Shown here piece after piece: positions 16,560 to 25,112 of a stretch of DNA of 64,000 bases. Position 1 is the stretch's first letter. Each line of letters begins with the position of its first letter. The stretch spans positions 1-64,000 of IMG/VR virus record IMGVR_UViG_3300047476_001057; one strand, written 5' to 3'. This DNA is from a virus. Both the position numbers and the translations under genes were made by a program. The notes beneath the pieces were generated by a model. That model was not told where the DNA came from. It was given only the letters and a program-made list of their open reading frames with translations, and made no database searches.

Positions 16560-17189
16560 TTACATTTTAGAAGTGTCTTGTACATGTGAGTCAAGTTCTT
16601 GAGCAAGTACAAACCTGCCATAGTTAAACTTACCTTTCTCAGGTCTCATCTCACCAATACCACAGCCGTAACCGGCTGCTTTTACTAGTTGGTGGATTTG
16701 GTCCAGGGAAAGAACACCAGCGTTGAACTCAATAGTCAAATTAGCTGACCACTCAGGATATTCAGGACGGAAACGGATATCTGCAGCACCCATACCTACA
16801 CGGACCATGTCTCTACGTAAACGGCTTTCACCATAGATACGTACAAGCTGTGATTGTTCATCATCAGCTTTTACAAAGAAGTTGGTTTGCGTGTCTTTCA
16901 TGACCATGCCGATCATCTTGGCACCACGTACCATAGCTGCTTTGAAACCTGCAGCTGGGAAACCTTCCCAACCATGTTCACTGTAATGTTTTGCATTCTC
17001 AACATCTTCTTCTGGTACCTGTATCTCATGCTTTTTGTTCTTAGCACCACCATTACGGATGCCTATCATCATGTCAATGGCTTTGTTACTAAACTTGTTT
17101 ACAATAAGAGGAGATACACCTGAGATAGGAATGACTACATGTTTGATGTCAAACTGTTTGATCTGAACTGACTTGTTTGCTGTTGCCAT
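16560..17189 (-). CDS. standalone Cas7/RAMP-like RNA-binding protein
   Basis: N-terminal strand with SPL (ISGVSPLIV), FPAAGFKAAM helix (like Cas7 PGSSxKG), thumb-like hairpin RDMVRVG...DIRFRPEY, C-terminal Gly-rich loop GYGCGIGEMRPEKGKFNYGRF. Confidence 0.8.
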   Translation of the reverse strand: MATANKSVQIKQFDIKHVVIPISGVSPLIVNKFSNKAIDMMIGIRNGGAKNKKHEIQVPEEDVENAKHYSEHGWEGFPAAGFKAAMVRGAKMIGMVMKDTQTNFFVKADDEQSQLVRIYGESRLRRDMVRVGMGAADIRFRPEYPEWSANLTIEFNAGVLSLDQIHQLVKAAGYGCGIGEMRPEKGKFNYGRFVLAQELDSHVQDTSKM

Positions 17190-17237
17190 ACAATTGGTTT
17201 TTGAAATTTTACACTGTGAGGAATAAAAAAGGAGGGA

Positions 17238-17447
17238 TTAAAAACGGTCCGACAGGCTTACGTGTTTAACGTGGTTGCCTATTCTGATTGTAAATTCAGA
17301 ACCTCGTGCCATAATGGACACGTTTAAGTCGGCTGACCATTTACTGAAAGCTTCCATGTCTATAGGTTGCTTAGCTTTCATATAGGTTTTAACTTGTTGT
17401 GGAGGCTGTGGATCAGCAAGACCCAGTTTTAGGAGGAACTTTTTCAT
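17238..17447 (-). CDS. hypothetical protein
   Basis: Probable start MKKFLLK at 17447 within track ORF 17238..17513. Confidence 0.55.
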   Translation of the reverse strand: MKKFLLKLGLADPQPPQQVKTYMKAKQPIDMEAFSKWSADLNVSIMARGSEFTIRIGNHVKHVSLSDRF

Positions 17448-17527
17448 ATAGAATATGATTTGGTTACACAAAAAGGTGGTTGCCCCTTGATATAACATCT
17501 CAGGGCAAACCATCCATATTAAATGTT

Positions 17528-17794
17528 TTACTTAACTCTTTCCTGCAGGATGTACTGTCTACCAGATACTCTGATGGTGTCACCAGATCTGAATGCTGAG
17601 TCAGCTTCAATGATTTCTATCTCATCTGAGACATACCTGTTTAAAGTGCTCTCACTGATCCAGGTGTAATGAGCTCTAAAGGGCACATCACGCTCAGCAG
17701 CTGCTAATTGAGAAAGAGGTTTCCTGTTACCGGATTTAGAACCACATGATACCAGCAGTATTGCCAGTATGATGATAGATAAGAACTGTTTCAT
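17528..17794 (-). CDS. putative lipoprotein
   Basis: MKQFLSIIILAILLVS-C signal peptide with lipobox. Confidence 0.7.
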   Translation of the reverse strand: MKQFLSIIILAILLVSCGSKSGNRKPLSQLAAAERDVPFRAHYTWISESTLNRYVSDEIEIIEADSAFRSGDTIRVSGRQYILQERVK

Positions 17795-17822
17795 TTGAAT
17801 AATGTGTATGTTTGGTTATTAA

Positions 17823-18209
17823 TTATTGGTTATCTGCAATGAAAATGCTGTCCAATACACCAGTTTTATGATATGGTACAGCTGCCACTTTACGGCCAAA
17901 ACTGTATATCATTAGACTATCATCTTCAAGAAATAACTGATACTCACTAGTTTCAGTGAGTGTCAGGTTTTCATTACGCTGCCACCTGCCATCAATCAAA
18001 CCCTGAGCTATTTCTTCAGCGTACATATGTTCGTGGCGGGTTCCGTTAGGCTGTCTTACGGTAAACATGGGTCTTTCCTCATCTGATTCTTCTATAATGA
18101 GTATAGAGTCATCATTAATGTCACAAGAGAACAGAGAGAGCATAATGAGGCATAAAACTGTGATGGTAGATTTAGAAAAGTTCATTTTCGGTTTTTTTTC
18201 TGTTATCAA
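17823..18209 (-). CDS. putative lipoprotein
   Basis: Hydrophobic signal ending LSLFS-C followed by an acidic tether; start may be 18185. Confidence 0.65.
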   Translation of the reverse strand: MITEKKPKMNFSKSTITVLCLIMLSLFSCDINDDSILIIEESDEERPMFTVRQPNGTRHEHMYAEEIAQGLIDGRWQRNENLTLTETSEYQLFLEDDSLMIYSFGRKVAAVPYHKTGVLDSIFIADNQ

Positions 18210-18381
18210 GATAAACTATCAAGTAAATAGTGGCTGCTAGATATCCTGCAATACCCGTAAAAATCAGAAAGGATATTTGACCAGTGTCTAGATTTTCAAT
18301 CTTGAGAGGTATTGCTACTAAGATTGTTGTGGTCAAACTGTACATAAGTATACAGATTGACAAAATGACTTTTTGTTTCAT
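18172..18381 (-). CDS. small two-TM membrane protein
   Basis: Two hydrophobic helices in 69 aa. Confidence 0.6.
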   Translation of the reverse strand: MKQKVILSICILMYSLTTTILVAIPLKIENLDTGQISFLIFTGIAGYLAATIYLIVYLDNRKKTENELF

Positions 18382-18384
18382 AAA

Positions 18385-18759
18385 CTAATTATGATTTTGA
18401 GATTGAGATAAGAATGCATTAATACGAGGTAGATGATAGTCTAGCTCGTTAAAGACAGTGGGATGGTTGTCTCTTAAATACTCATATTTCACTCTCTTAA
18501 AGTGATCATACACATCAGCCCATTGTCTGGTTCCTATTACAGTTTCAAACATTTCAGGTGTAATAGCAATCTCAAAACCTATATCACGTTGAGAGCTTTG
18601 GAAAACAACAGCTGTCTCGTCATCGTTAAAATTTCGGTACTGGATCCACATGGGATTTTCACTATCAGACATGCCTATAACCTTGTATAGACACGTATGT
18701 GCTTCCAAGTTGTTAAGGAACTCAGCAGTTACGTATTGTATAACTTCATTTACAGTCAT
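18385..18759 (-). CDS. hypothetical protein
   Basis: 124-aa ORF in operon. Confidence 0.65.
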   Translation of the reverse strand: MTVNEVIQYVTAEFLNNLEAHTCLYKVIGMSDSENPMWIQYRNFNDDETAVVFQSSQRDIGFEIAITPEMFETVIGTRQWADVYDHFKRVKYEYLRDNHPTVFNELDYHLPRINAFLSQSQNHN

Positions 18760-18831
18760 AAAATCAGTTTTAAAGAATAAAAGAAAAGGTAAACCAGAGC
18801 TCTAAGGCCCCAGTTCACCAAAAAAATCAGA

Positions 18832-19038
18832 TTAACTCCAGGTAAGACTGTCTATTATAGCATCTTGTTCTCTATCCCATGCAGTTTCAGCATCAGAAAT
18901 AGAAGTAAATAGATGCATAACAGCAAAACTATCTTTACTGTCTTCAATAAATCTTTGAACATTTTCTTCTCCGGTTACTAAACGGGAGATTCCGTGGTTC
19001 CATCTTTGGAACGCGGCAACGTAAGTGTTGTTTTGCAT
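18832..19038 (-). CDS. hypothetical protein
   Basis: 68-aa ORF with A-rich upstream region. Confidence 0.55.
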   Translation of the reverse strand: MQNNTYVAAFQRWNHGISRLVTGEENVQRFIEDSKDSFAVMHLFTSISDAETAWDREQDAIIDSLTWS

Positions 19039-19062
19039 AATAAAGTTTGAAACTGTTGTTTA

Positions 19063-19326
19063 TTAATCACCCATATCTACACAGTAGATGAGTTTAGAGC
19101 CATGGGACACCATAATAGTGTATGAACCGGACTGATTACGATACTGTTCCATCCAGTCGTCCAGTGCTGGTGGAAAGACACCTGCGTTCAGCCATCCCAT
19201 GTGTGTATAGCCTTCTTTTGAAAGAACTTCTATAATTGTTCTGGGATAGTAATCGTCACGGTCTATTTTACCTGCTTTACACATATTTAGTGTAAGCGGT
19301 GTGTAAGGAACTGAAATGCAATGCAT
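19063..19326 (-). CDS. hypothetical protein
   Basis: 87-aa ORF. Confidence 0.55.
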   Translation of the reverse strand: MHCISVPYTPLTLNMCKAGKIDRDDYYPRTIIEVLSKEGYTHMGWLNAGVFPPALDDWMEQYRNQSGSYTIMVSHGSKLIYCVDMGD

Positions 19327-19841
19327 ATGATATGTGATGGTTTGATGACAAGAAAAAGAGCTGGTGGTTTATGTAAAATGGCCCAGCTTGCTCAAGGCTT
19401 GGGTTGAAAACTGCCAATTGCTTGGCTAGATACAATCGGTACATAATAGGTAATAAGAAAAATCTACCACCTTACCTGTTACATCATAGAGACTATCCGA
19501 TTTGGTTTACACCCAGATATCCCTCCGTAAACAGGAGTTAACAATGAGTCAACATATGTCTACCGTCTCGAGCCGTCATATGACGACCCACTGTGAGCTG
19601 TATCTGTAGCTCAACAGAAACCCGGTTACAATACTTCTGTGCTCCTAACAACCGGGAAGCTCAGAGAAGAGTTAGAACAGCTAACTACTGGACAGTTATA
19701 TAGACCTGACAACTTAGTAATATGTTATAGCCATTTTATCCGCACGCCCTGGCTATGTCTGGGTTTAGAAGAATGGTAAAAGAGGAAGAAAAGAGGTGTG
19801 GGTTGCCTATCAACCTCACACACTCCCCTTCTATGTCTTAA

Positions 19842-19991
19842 TTAGTAGCTAACAGTGCAGTATACACCAAGACGTGAGGTAGTATAACGCACTCTCTTGA
19901 GAACCAGCGTGTTAATACGCTGTTTCATGTAATGATACCAGTTTCTGAACAGAGTGTAACTCTGAAACAGAATTGTTCTGACTCTTTTCAT
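19842..19991 (-). CDS. small basic hypothetical protein
   Basis: Possible start MKRVRT at 19991 within track ORF 19842..20114. Confidence 0.35.
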   Translation of the reverse strand: MKRVRTILFQSYTLFRNWYHYMKQRINTLVLKRVRYTTSRLGVYCTVSY

Positions 19992-20127
19992 CTTAGATGA
20001 TTTTGGATGGTTATAAGTATAGAAGTAGAAGAAGAAAAAAAAGGGTGTATGAACATGTAGCATGAAAAGGAGAACCGTGGCTTTGTGCTCACGGCTCTCC
20101 TGAGTAACGTCCAAAAGAAGAGCACCC

Positions 20128-20364
20128 TTAGAGGGTTGCTACTTCTTTCACGTTCTGGTTGAACACCCAGTAGCTATCGTAGCTGCCTTTAGCCACGAAT
20201 AGCGGTGATGACAGGTTCACCTTTTCTGCAAAGTAGAGTCTGCCTGCAACTGTGTCTGCAAACATTCTACCTGTACCCTTGATGACCTTGATGCTGTCAA
20301 TGCCGTTCATTTCTTTAAAAGCCTGCAATGAGATGCTGTTCAGTGGAGTTTGTTGTGTGCTCAT
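20128..20364 (-). CDS. hypothetical protein, first gene of the minus-strand arm
   Basis: Probable start MSTQQ at 20364 with A/T-rich upstream region. Confidence 0.6.
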   Translation of the reverse strand: MSTQQTPLNSISLQAFKEMNGIDSIKVIKGTGRMFADTVAGRLYFAEKVNLSSPLFVAKGSYDSYWVFNQNVKEVATL

Positions 20365-20684
20365 GTTATAAGTTTTTAAGTTAACACTGGATTTAAGGGG
20401 GGTGCGGAGCTCAGGTGAGTGAGGCCGGGGGTTGTAAAGGGAGAGGTACCCACATCCTCTACTACCCATCTTGCCAGTACACCAAGGGGGGGGTTAGAAG
20501 CTCTAGAAAATGACCCGGGGGAAGAGCTCTCGTGGGATCACCCATGATCCCTAAACATAGTATAGAGTAGAGAATGTATTATATAGGTATGTAAAGGGTA
20601 TCACCAGTGATCCCTTGGAGAATATGTTTTGGTCTACAGAATAGTTCTCTATATCTTTGTATAGAAACATAAATCCTTTATAGT

Positions 20685-20885
20685 ATGACAGACATGCTCA
20701 TCTACACAGATCTTAACTCCCTGATAGAACTGTACAAGAACGATGACCTTCCTATAGACCAGATGGCTTTTCCGTATAGACAGCTTAGCGGGACCACCGC
20801 CTGGGTGCATAGAGACGAGCTCAAGAAGCAGGTGGCTCTACAGGATGCATATCCCCAGGCAAACACACAGAAGGCAAAGAAATGA
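20685..20885 (+). CDS. hypothetical protein, first gene of the plus-strand arm
   Basis: 66-aa ORF after an AT-rich promoter-like region. Confidence 0.55.
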   Translation: MTDMLIYTDLNSLIELYKNDDLPIDQMAFPYRQLSGTTAWVHRDELKKQVALQDAYPQANTQKAKK

Positions 20886-21048
20886 CCGATGTCACCTTTG
20901 GTGTAGTGATAACTGTCTACCTTTACACTTACGCCTGTTTAGTTACTGTATGGTAACTAGATAACATCAAAATGATTTTTTTAGCTAAATCAAGAAATTT
21001 AGCATAAAGTGGTTGTTTTTTTGCAGGTTAACTAAATGAACTACCACT

Positions 21049-21423
21049 ATGCTCGCATCTTATTTAATGAACCAGGCCTCAGAGATGTGGGGTAAAAAAT
21101 GGAGATCTGCTATCATCTGGAATCTTAAAGACGGACCTCTGAGATTTTCCCAAGTAAAATCAAAACTTCCTGGTATATCTATGAAGGTGTTATCAGAGAC
21201 ACTAAAAGACCTGGAAGATTATGACCTGATTGTAAGAACACAATATCCAACTATTCCGGTAAAGGTGACCTATGAACTACATGAAGACACCAAACCACTT
21301 ATAGAAGCTCAGGTTCTTTACGTAAAGTGTCTAAAAGTTTATTTCTACAAGCACCAACATCAGTATGAATTTCCCAATTGGGTTTTAGAAGCTCTTGAAA
21401 AAGAGCAGGTTTCCAACAAGTAA
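21049..21423 (+). CDS. HxlR-family winged-HTH transcriptional regulator
   Basis: GKKWRSAIIWNL..GPLRFSQV...PGIS.KVLSETLKDLE..DLI.R..YPTIPVKVTYEL signature. Confidence 0.88.
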   Translation: MLASYLMNQASEMWGKKWRSAIIWNLKDGPLRFSQVKSKLPGISMKVLSETLKDLEDYDLIVRTQYPTIPVKVTYELHEDTKPLIEAQVLYVKCLKVYFYKHQHQYEFPNWVLEALEKEQVSNK

Positions 21424-21576
21424 CTATCTCACCCCTCTACATTATTCGTGCTGTCTTTTATACAGAAAATAAAAGACGCACGTTTTTTTTGTCCCTGATG
21501 TTATACACACAGGGTGTATAAGTATATAGAACTTTTTAAGCTCTACAATATAAATTTGTAGAGTTTAAACTTATTA

Positions 21577-21587
21577 AGTATATTATA
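21577..21587 (+). promoter_or_regulatory. recurring late-promoter-like motif GTATATTAT
   Basis: Also at 40657 and 56928, with variants at 33543 and 56293; each upstream of a plus-strand transcription unit. Confidence 0.45.
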
Positions 21588-21598
21588 AGTGTACCCCT

Positions 21599-21796
21599 AT
21601 GGAAAATCAAGAACAACTATCGCATTTTAGAGAAGCCAAAAACAAGTATGGTAGGGTGATCTACGTACCTGTAGTTGATGTAAGAGATGGTATGGCCGAG
21701 CGTGCTCTGGCTGAACAGATCATCAAAGCAACAAACAAGTCCAAGTACATAGTGTACAACCAATACCATGTTTCTAAGAAAAACCAAACCTTATGA
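21599..21796 (+). CDS. hypothetical protein
   Basis: 65-aa ORF with CCTATG start. Confidence 0.6.
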   Translation: MENQEQLSHFREAKNKYGRVIYVPVVDVRDGMAERALAEQIIKATNKSKYIVYNQYHVSKKNQTL

Positions 21797-22092
21797 CAAA
21801 CACTGTACACAAGTGCAAGATCTATTGCCACAGTATAGATCCAACCCAGGCAGACATATTGGGAATGTCAGATGACACCGGTAAGTGGTTGCCCTTTGCT
21901 TTCCATATGGATATTGTCATAGCCTGTAAGCTAACTACAGATGAGGATGACAATGAAACATTTGGATGCACCAGCATCTTTACAGAAAACGGTGACACGT
22001 TTATTCTGGATACATCTTACAAAATCTTCCAGGACCTATTTCTCAAATATCATAACGTAGAATCTACAACTGATCCGGAACCAGAACTCTAA
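21793..22092 (+). CDS. hypothetical protein
   Basis: 99-aa ORF, 4-nt overlap. Confidence 0.65.
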   Translation: MTNTVHKCKIYCHSIDPTQADILGMSDDTGKWLPFAFHMDIVIACKLTTDEDDNETFGCTSIFTENGDTFILDTSYKIFQDLFLKYHNVESTTDPEPEL

Positions 22093-22110
22093 CCTATAAA
22101 AAACCAAAAT

Positions 22111-22458
22111 ATGCAAGAAGAAAATGTACAAGAGCAGCAGTCTGCCACACCCCCTACAAAAGAAGAACTAATCCAGTTTTTTCAGGAACAAATTGATGTA
22201 AAGAAAGTGCAATACGAGCTCCAGGAACTGAACACCAAGCTAGCGGTGGCCAGGGCTGAGGAGCTAAAGGCATTGTCTTTTATTTCTCAGATGACCAATC
22301 CTAAAGCTCAAGGATCTGAGTATGAAGGTGGCACTCCACACACCATCACCCAGGAAGACATGGATAATAATCCGGAACTGGCAGAACAGGGCATACAGGT
22401 GGGTGATGAGGTGTTGATTCCTCAAACAAAAGAAAAGAGATCACTGAAGAAGAAATAA
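22111..22458 (+). CDS. coiled-coil protein with a TITQEDMDNNPELAEQGIQVGDEV motif
   Basis: 115-aa ORF; I recall the C-terminal motif from other Bacteroidota phage proteins. Confidence 0.65.
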   Translation: MQEENVQEQQSATPPTKEELIQFFQEQIDVKKVQYELQELNTKLAVARAEELKALSFISQMTNPKAQGSEYEGGTPHTITQEDMDNNPELAEQGIQVGDEVLIPQTKEKRSLKKK

Positions 22459-22461
22459 GTA

Positions 22462-22896
22462 ATGCAAACGCTTTACAATCTAAAGGACATTAAAGAGTCT
22501 TTTAAGTTTGAACGTGAGCATCCCAAAGAGTTGCGTTGGGATGACAAGTACAAAATGTACATGTTGACCCAACATGGTAAATGCCAGGGTGTTTGGCTCA
22601 GGGATAAAACTCACGGACTGGTTGCTGAAATGATTGTAAGCTGGGAGAGTGATAACATCCTGCACGCAGACAGTATAACAGTGTTACCAGAGTTTAGAAG
22701 AAAGGGTTTAGCTACACAGCTTATAGAAGAAACCCTTAACTGGGCAGAAAACATGGGTTTTGAATACATGGTGGGTGAGGCAAGAAAAGGCAGCTCTTGG
22801 AACGTGTTTGAAAACCTTGGTGCGTCACCTCTGTTTGAGCACAAAAACTGGAACGGTACGGGAGAAACGTACATGTTTTTTAAAATGAAGATTTAA
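22462..22896 (+). CDS. GNAT-family acetyltransferase
   Basis: Acetyl-CoA binding motif VLPEFRRKGLATQL. Confidence 0.85.
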   Translation: MQTLYNLKDIKESFKFEREHPKELRWDDKYKMYMLTQHGKCQGVWLRDKTHGLVAEMIVSWESDNILHADSITVLPEFRRKGLATQLIEETLNWAENMGFEYMVGEARKGSSWNVFENLGASPLFEHKNWNGTGETYMFFKMKI

Positions 22897-22897
22897 A

Positions 22898-23269
22898 ATG
22901 GCAATAGTAAATCAGGTGGATAAAAGAGTCAGAATGAACCGCTGGGACATAGTTAAGTACCAGCTGATGACTCATTGCTACCTAACAAAAATACAGGTGA
23001 GTGAAAATGACCTGGAATGTCTCACCCTTCTTGCCATCAATGGGGAACAGGAGCTAACCAGCTTTTGTAATGTAGCCCATGATGAAAAGATCTTTTCTTC
23101 TACGCAATCCGTAAGGAATTGCCTTACCAAAGCAGAAAAAAAGAACTTGATAAAAAAAGAGGGTAAGAACAAAAAGAAGATCTACATCAATCCGGAACTC
23201 AATGTTCATGCAAATGGTAACATTTTGCTTGACTTTAAATTTTTAAGTGTTGAAACCAAGCAAGGCTAA
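22898..23269 (+). CDS. winged-helix-like hypothetical protein
   Basis: 123 aa with QSVRNCLTKAEKKNLI helix and wing. Confidence 0.55.
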   Translation: MAIVNQVDKRVRMNRWDIVKYQLMTHCYLTKIQVSENDLECLTLLAINGEQELTSFCNVAHDEKIFSSTQSVRNCLTKAEKKNLIKKEGKNKKKIYINPELNVHANGNILLDFKFLSVETKQG

Positions 23270-23669
23270 AGACTTTATTCCTGAGGTGGCTGAGGAAACC
23301 GGCTTGTCAGAAGATACAATAACTGCTATAGTTAATTTCTATTGGCAAGAGGTTAGAAAATCACTTTCAGGACTTAAACATAGCCGGGTTCACGTCACCA
23401 ACCTTGGGGATTTTGTAATCAAGCACTGGAAGCTGGATGAGAAAATTACCAAGCTGGAACGCTTTGAAGAAAATAACAGACTGAAAGGTCTGCAGCAAAT
23501 GACTGCTAGGTTTAAAACAGTGGAAACACTGTTTGATCTAAATGCTCTAAAGTCTATTATGGATGAGGAAAAGCAGCGTGCTGAATTTATAAAAATGCAT
23601 AAACGTACTTCTTATGTCAACAAAAGAGAACTTAATCAAGATCTGGAAGAGCAAGAATCAAATACTTGA
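23247..23669 (+). CDS. HU/IHF-like DNA-binding protein
   Basis: DFIPEVAEETGLS...V..YWQEVRKSL...VHVTNLGDF pattern. Confidence 0.65.
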   Translation: MLKPSKAKDFIPEVAEETGLSEDTITAIVNFYWQEVRKSLSGLKHSRVHVTNLGDFVIKHWKLDEKITKLERFEENNRLKGLQQMTARFKTVETLFDLNALKSIMDEEKQRAEFIKMHKRTSYVNKRELNQDLEEQESNT

Positions 23670-23943
23670 GGGTATAACCAATAGTATTTTTAAAAAAGAG
23701 GATGTTGAGCAAATAGCAGAACAAAGAATTGACATCTGTATGGCTTGCTCTTTATATGATGAAAAAGGAACAGGATGTATGGTGCCCGGTACAGAACCAT
23801 GCTGTGATCAGACTAAAGGAGGTTGCGGATGCTCATTGAAATTTAAGACAAGATCATTATCAAGTGCATGCCCTTTGGACAAATGGCAAGCAGAAATGAC
23901 CCAGGATGAGGAAGATAAGCTAAACCAAAAACTGGGACTGTGA
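23614..23943 (+). CDS. Cys-rich Zn-binding protein
   Basis: CxxC...CC...CGC.L..K......CP..KW pattern. Confidence 0.7.
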   Translation: MSTKENLIKIWKSKNQILEGITNSIFKKEDVEQIAEQRIDICMACSLYDEKGTGCMVPGTEPCCDQTKGGCGCSLKFKTRSLSSACPLDKWQAEMTQDEEDKLNQKLGL

Positions 23944-23944
23944 T

Positions 23945-24376
23945 ATGGCTGTAGTGTCAAACAATGATAGTGTCATGCTTGAAGTGGTGCACTCTGTGTA
24001 CAAAAAGAAGGTGAAGTATGAGGTGATGCCTGAAGGTGAGTTGTTTCCTCATGAAAAAGAAGTGCTTCATAAGCAGATACGTGTAAAGAAATGGTTTAAA
24101 AAAGAAGCCATAAGCAGTGTGGAAGAATACGTTACTTCTAAAAATACTATAGCCAAAAACCGCTGTATAGTTTTTGATAAATATTCCGGAAGGTTTTATG
24201 CCACATTTCATCAGCTCAACGAGGTGGTAAAAACACTAGAACCCCAACCCTATAAAAACCAAATTGGATTCACCTATGATACTAAGGTTTACACCACAGG
24301 ACCACAAGTACACCAGCATAAAACCAGAGGATCAACAAGACTGGGTGTCGGTGACAAGCTTTATCGGAAATTTTAA
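23945..24376 (+). CDS. hypothetical protein
   Basis: 143-aa ORF; 3' end overlaps the next gene by about 100 nt. Confidence 0.6.
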   Translation: MAVVSNNDSVMLEVVHSVYKKKVKYEVMPEGELFPHEKEVLHKQIRVKKWFKKEAISSVEEYVTSKNTIAKNRCIVFDKYSGRFYATFHQLNEVVKTLEPQPYKNQIGFTYDTKVYTTGPQVHQHKTRGSTRLGVGDKLYRKF

Positions 24377-25112
24377 ACAACCTTTTGAAGCAGATAAGAT
24401 AGCAGAAAAATCCGCTAAGAATAAAAAAAGCAAATGGTATGGTATGACGCCTCAGGCTATAAAAGATGCCTGGAAAGCAGAAGCCAACCGTGCAACTACA
24501 CTAGGTACATGGTACCACAACTGCAGAGAACAAGACTTGTGTGCATTGGAAACAATAGACCGTTCAGGTGTAACGGTTCCTATTGTAAAGCCTATTGAAT
24601 TAGAAGGCGTCAAATACTCCCCTGATCAGAAGCTCAATGATGGAGTGTATCCCGAGCACATGGTTTATCTGAAATCAGCAGCACTTTGTGGGCAGTCAGA
24701 CTTAGTTGAAGTGGTCAATGGATATGTAAATATTACAGACTACAAGACTAACAAAGAAATCAAGAGTGAGGGATTTACCAACTGGGAAGGTATTACTACC
24801 AAAATGCTACCACCAGTGCATCATCTTGATGACTGCAATCTTAATCACTACACACTGCAGCTTAGCCTGTATATGTACATTATTCTTAAACACAATCCCA
24901 AACTAAAGCCTGGAATACTCACCATTCATCACATTATGTTTGAAGAGGTGGATAAGGACAAGTTTGGTAATCCAATTACTGCCTTGGATACCAACGGTGA
25001 TCCTATTGTAAAAGACATTGTGCAATATGATCTGCCTTATATGAAACAAGAGATAATGTCACTACTACATTGGTTAGAAGACAATCGACATAAACTGAAA
25101 CCCAAAAGCTAA
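24276..25112 (+). CDS. PD-(D/E)XK exonuclease-like protein
   Basis: GT.YH, CGQSDLV, ITDYKT and YTLQLSLY motifs; ATG at 24276 in CCTATG context. Confidence 0.82.
   Translation: MILRFTPQDHKYTSIKPEDQQDWVSVTSFIGNFKQPFEADKIAEKSAKNKKSKWYGMTPQAIKDAWKAEANRATTLGTWYHNCREQDLCALETIDRSGVTVPIVKPIELEGVKYSPDQKLNDGVYPEHMVYLKSAALCGQSDLVEVVNGYVNITDYKTNKEIKSEGFTNWEGITTKMLPPVHHLDDCNLNHYTLQLSLYMYIILKHNPKLKPGILTIHHIMFEEVDKDKFGNPITALDTNGDPIVKDIVQYDLPYMKQEIMSLLHWLEDNRHKLKPKS

Noticed and set aside
20882-20956. 24-aa hydrophobic micro-ORF MTDVTFGVVITVYLYTYACLVTVW
   Set aside because: Too short to support from sequence alone; the 4-nt overlap with the upstream gene is suggestive only.
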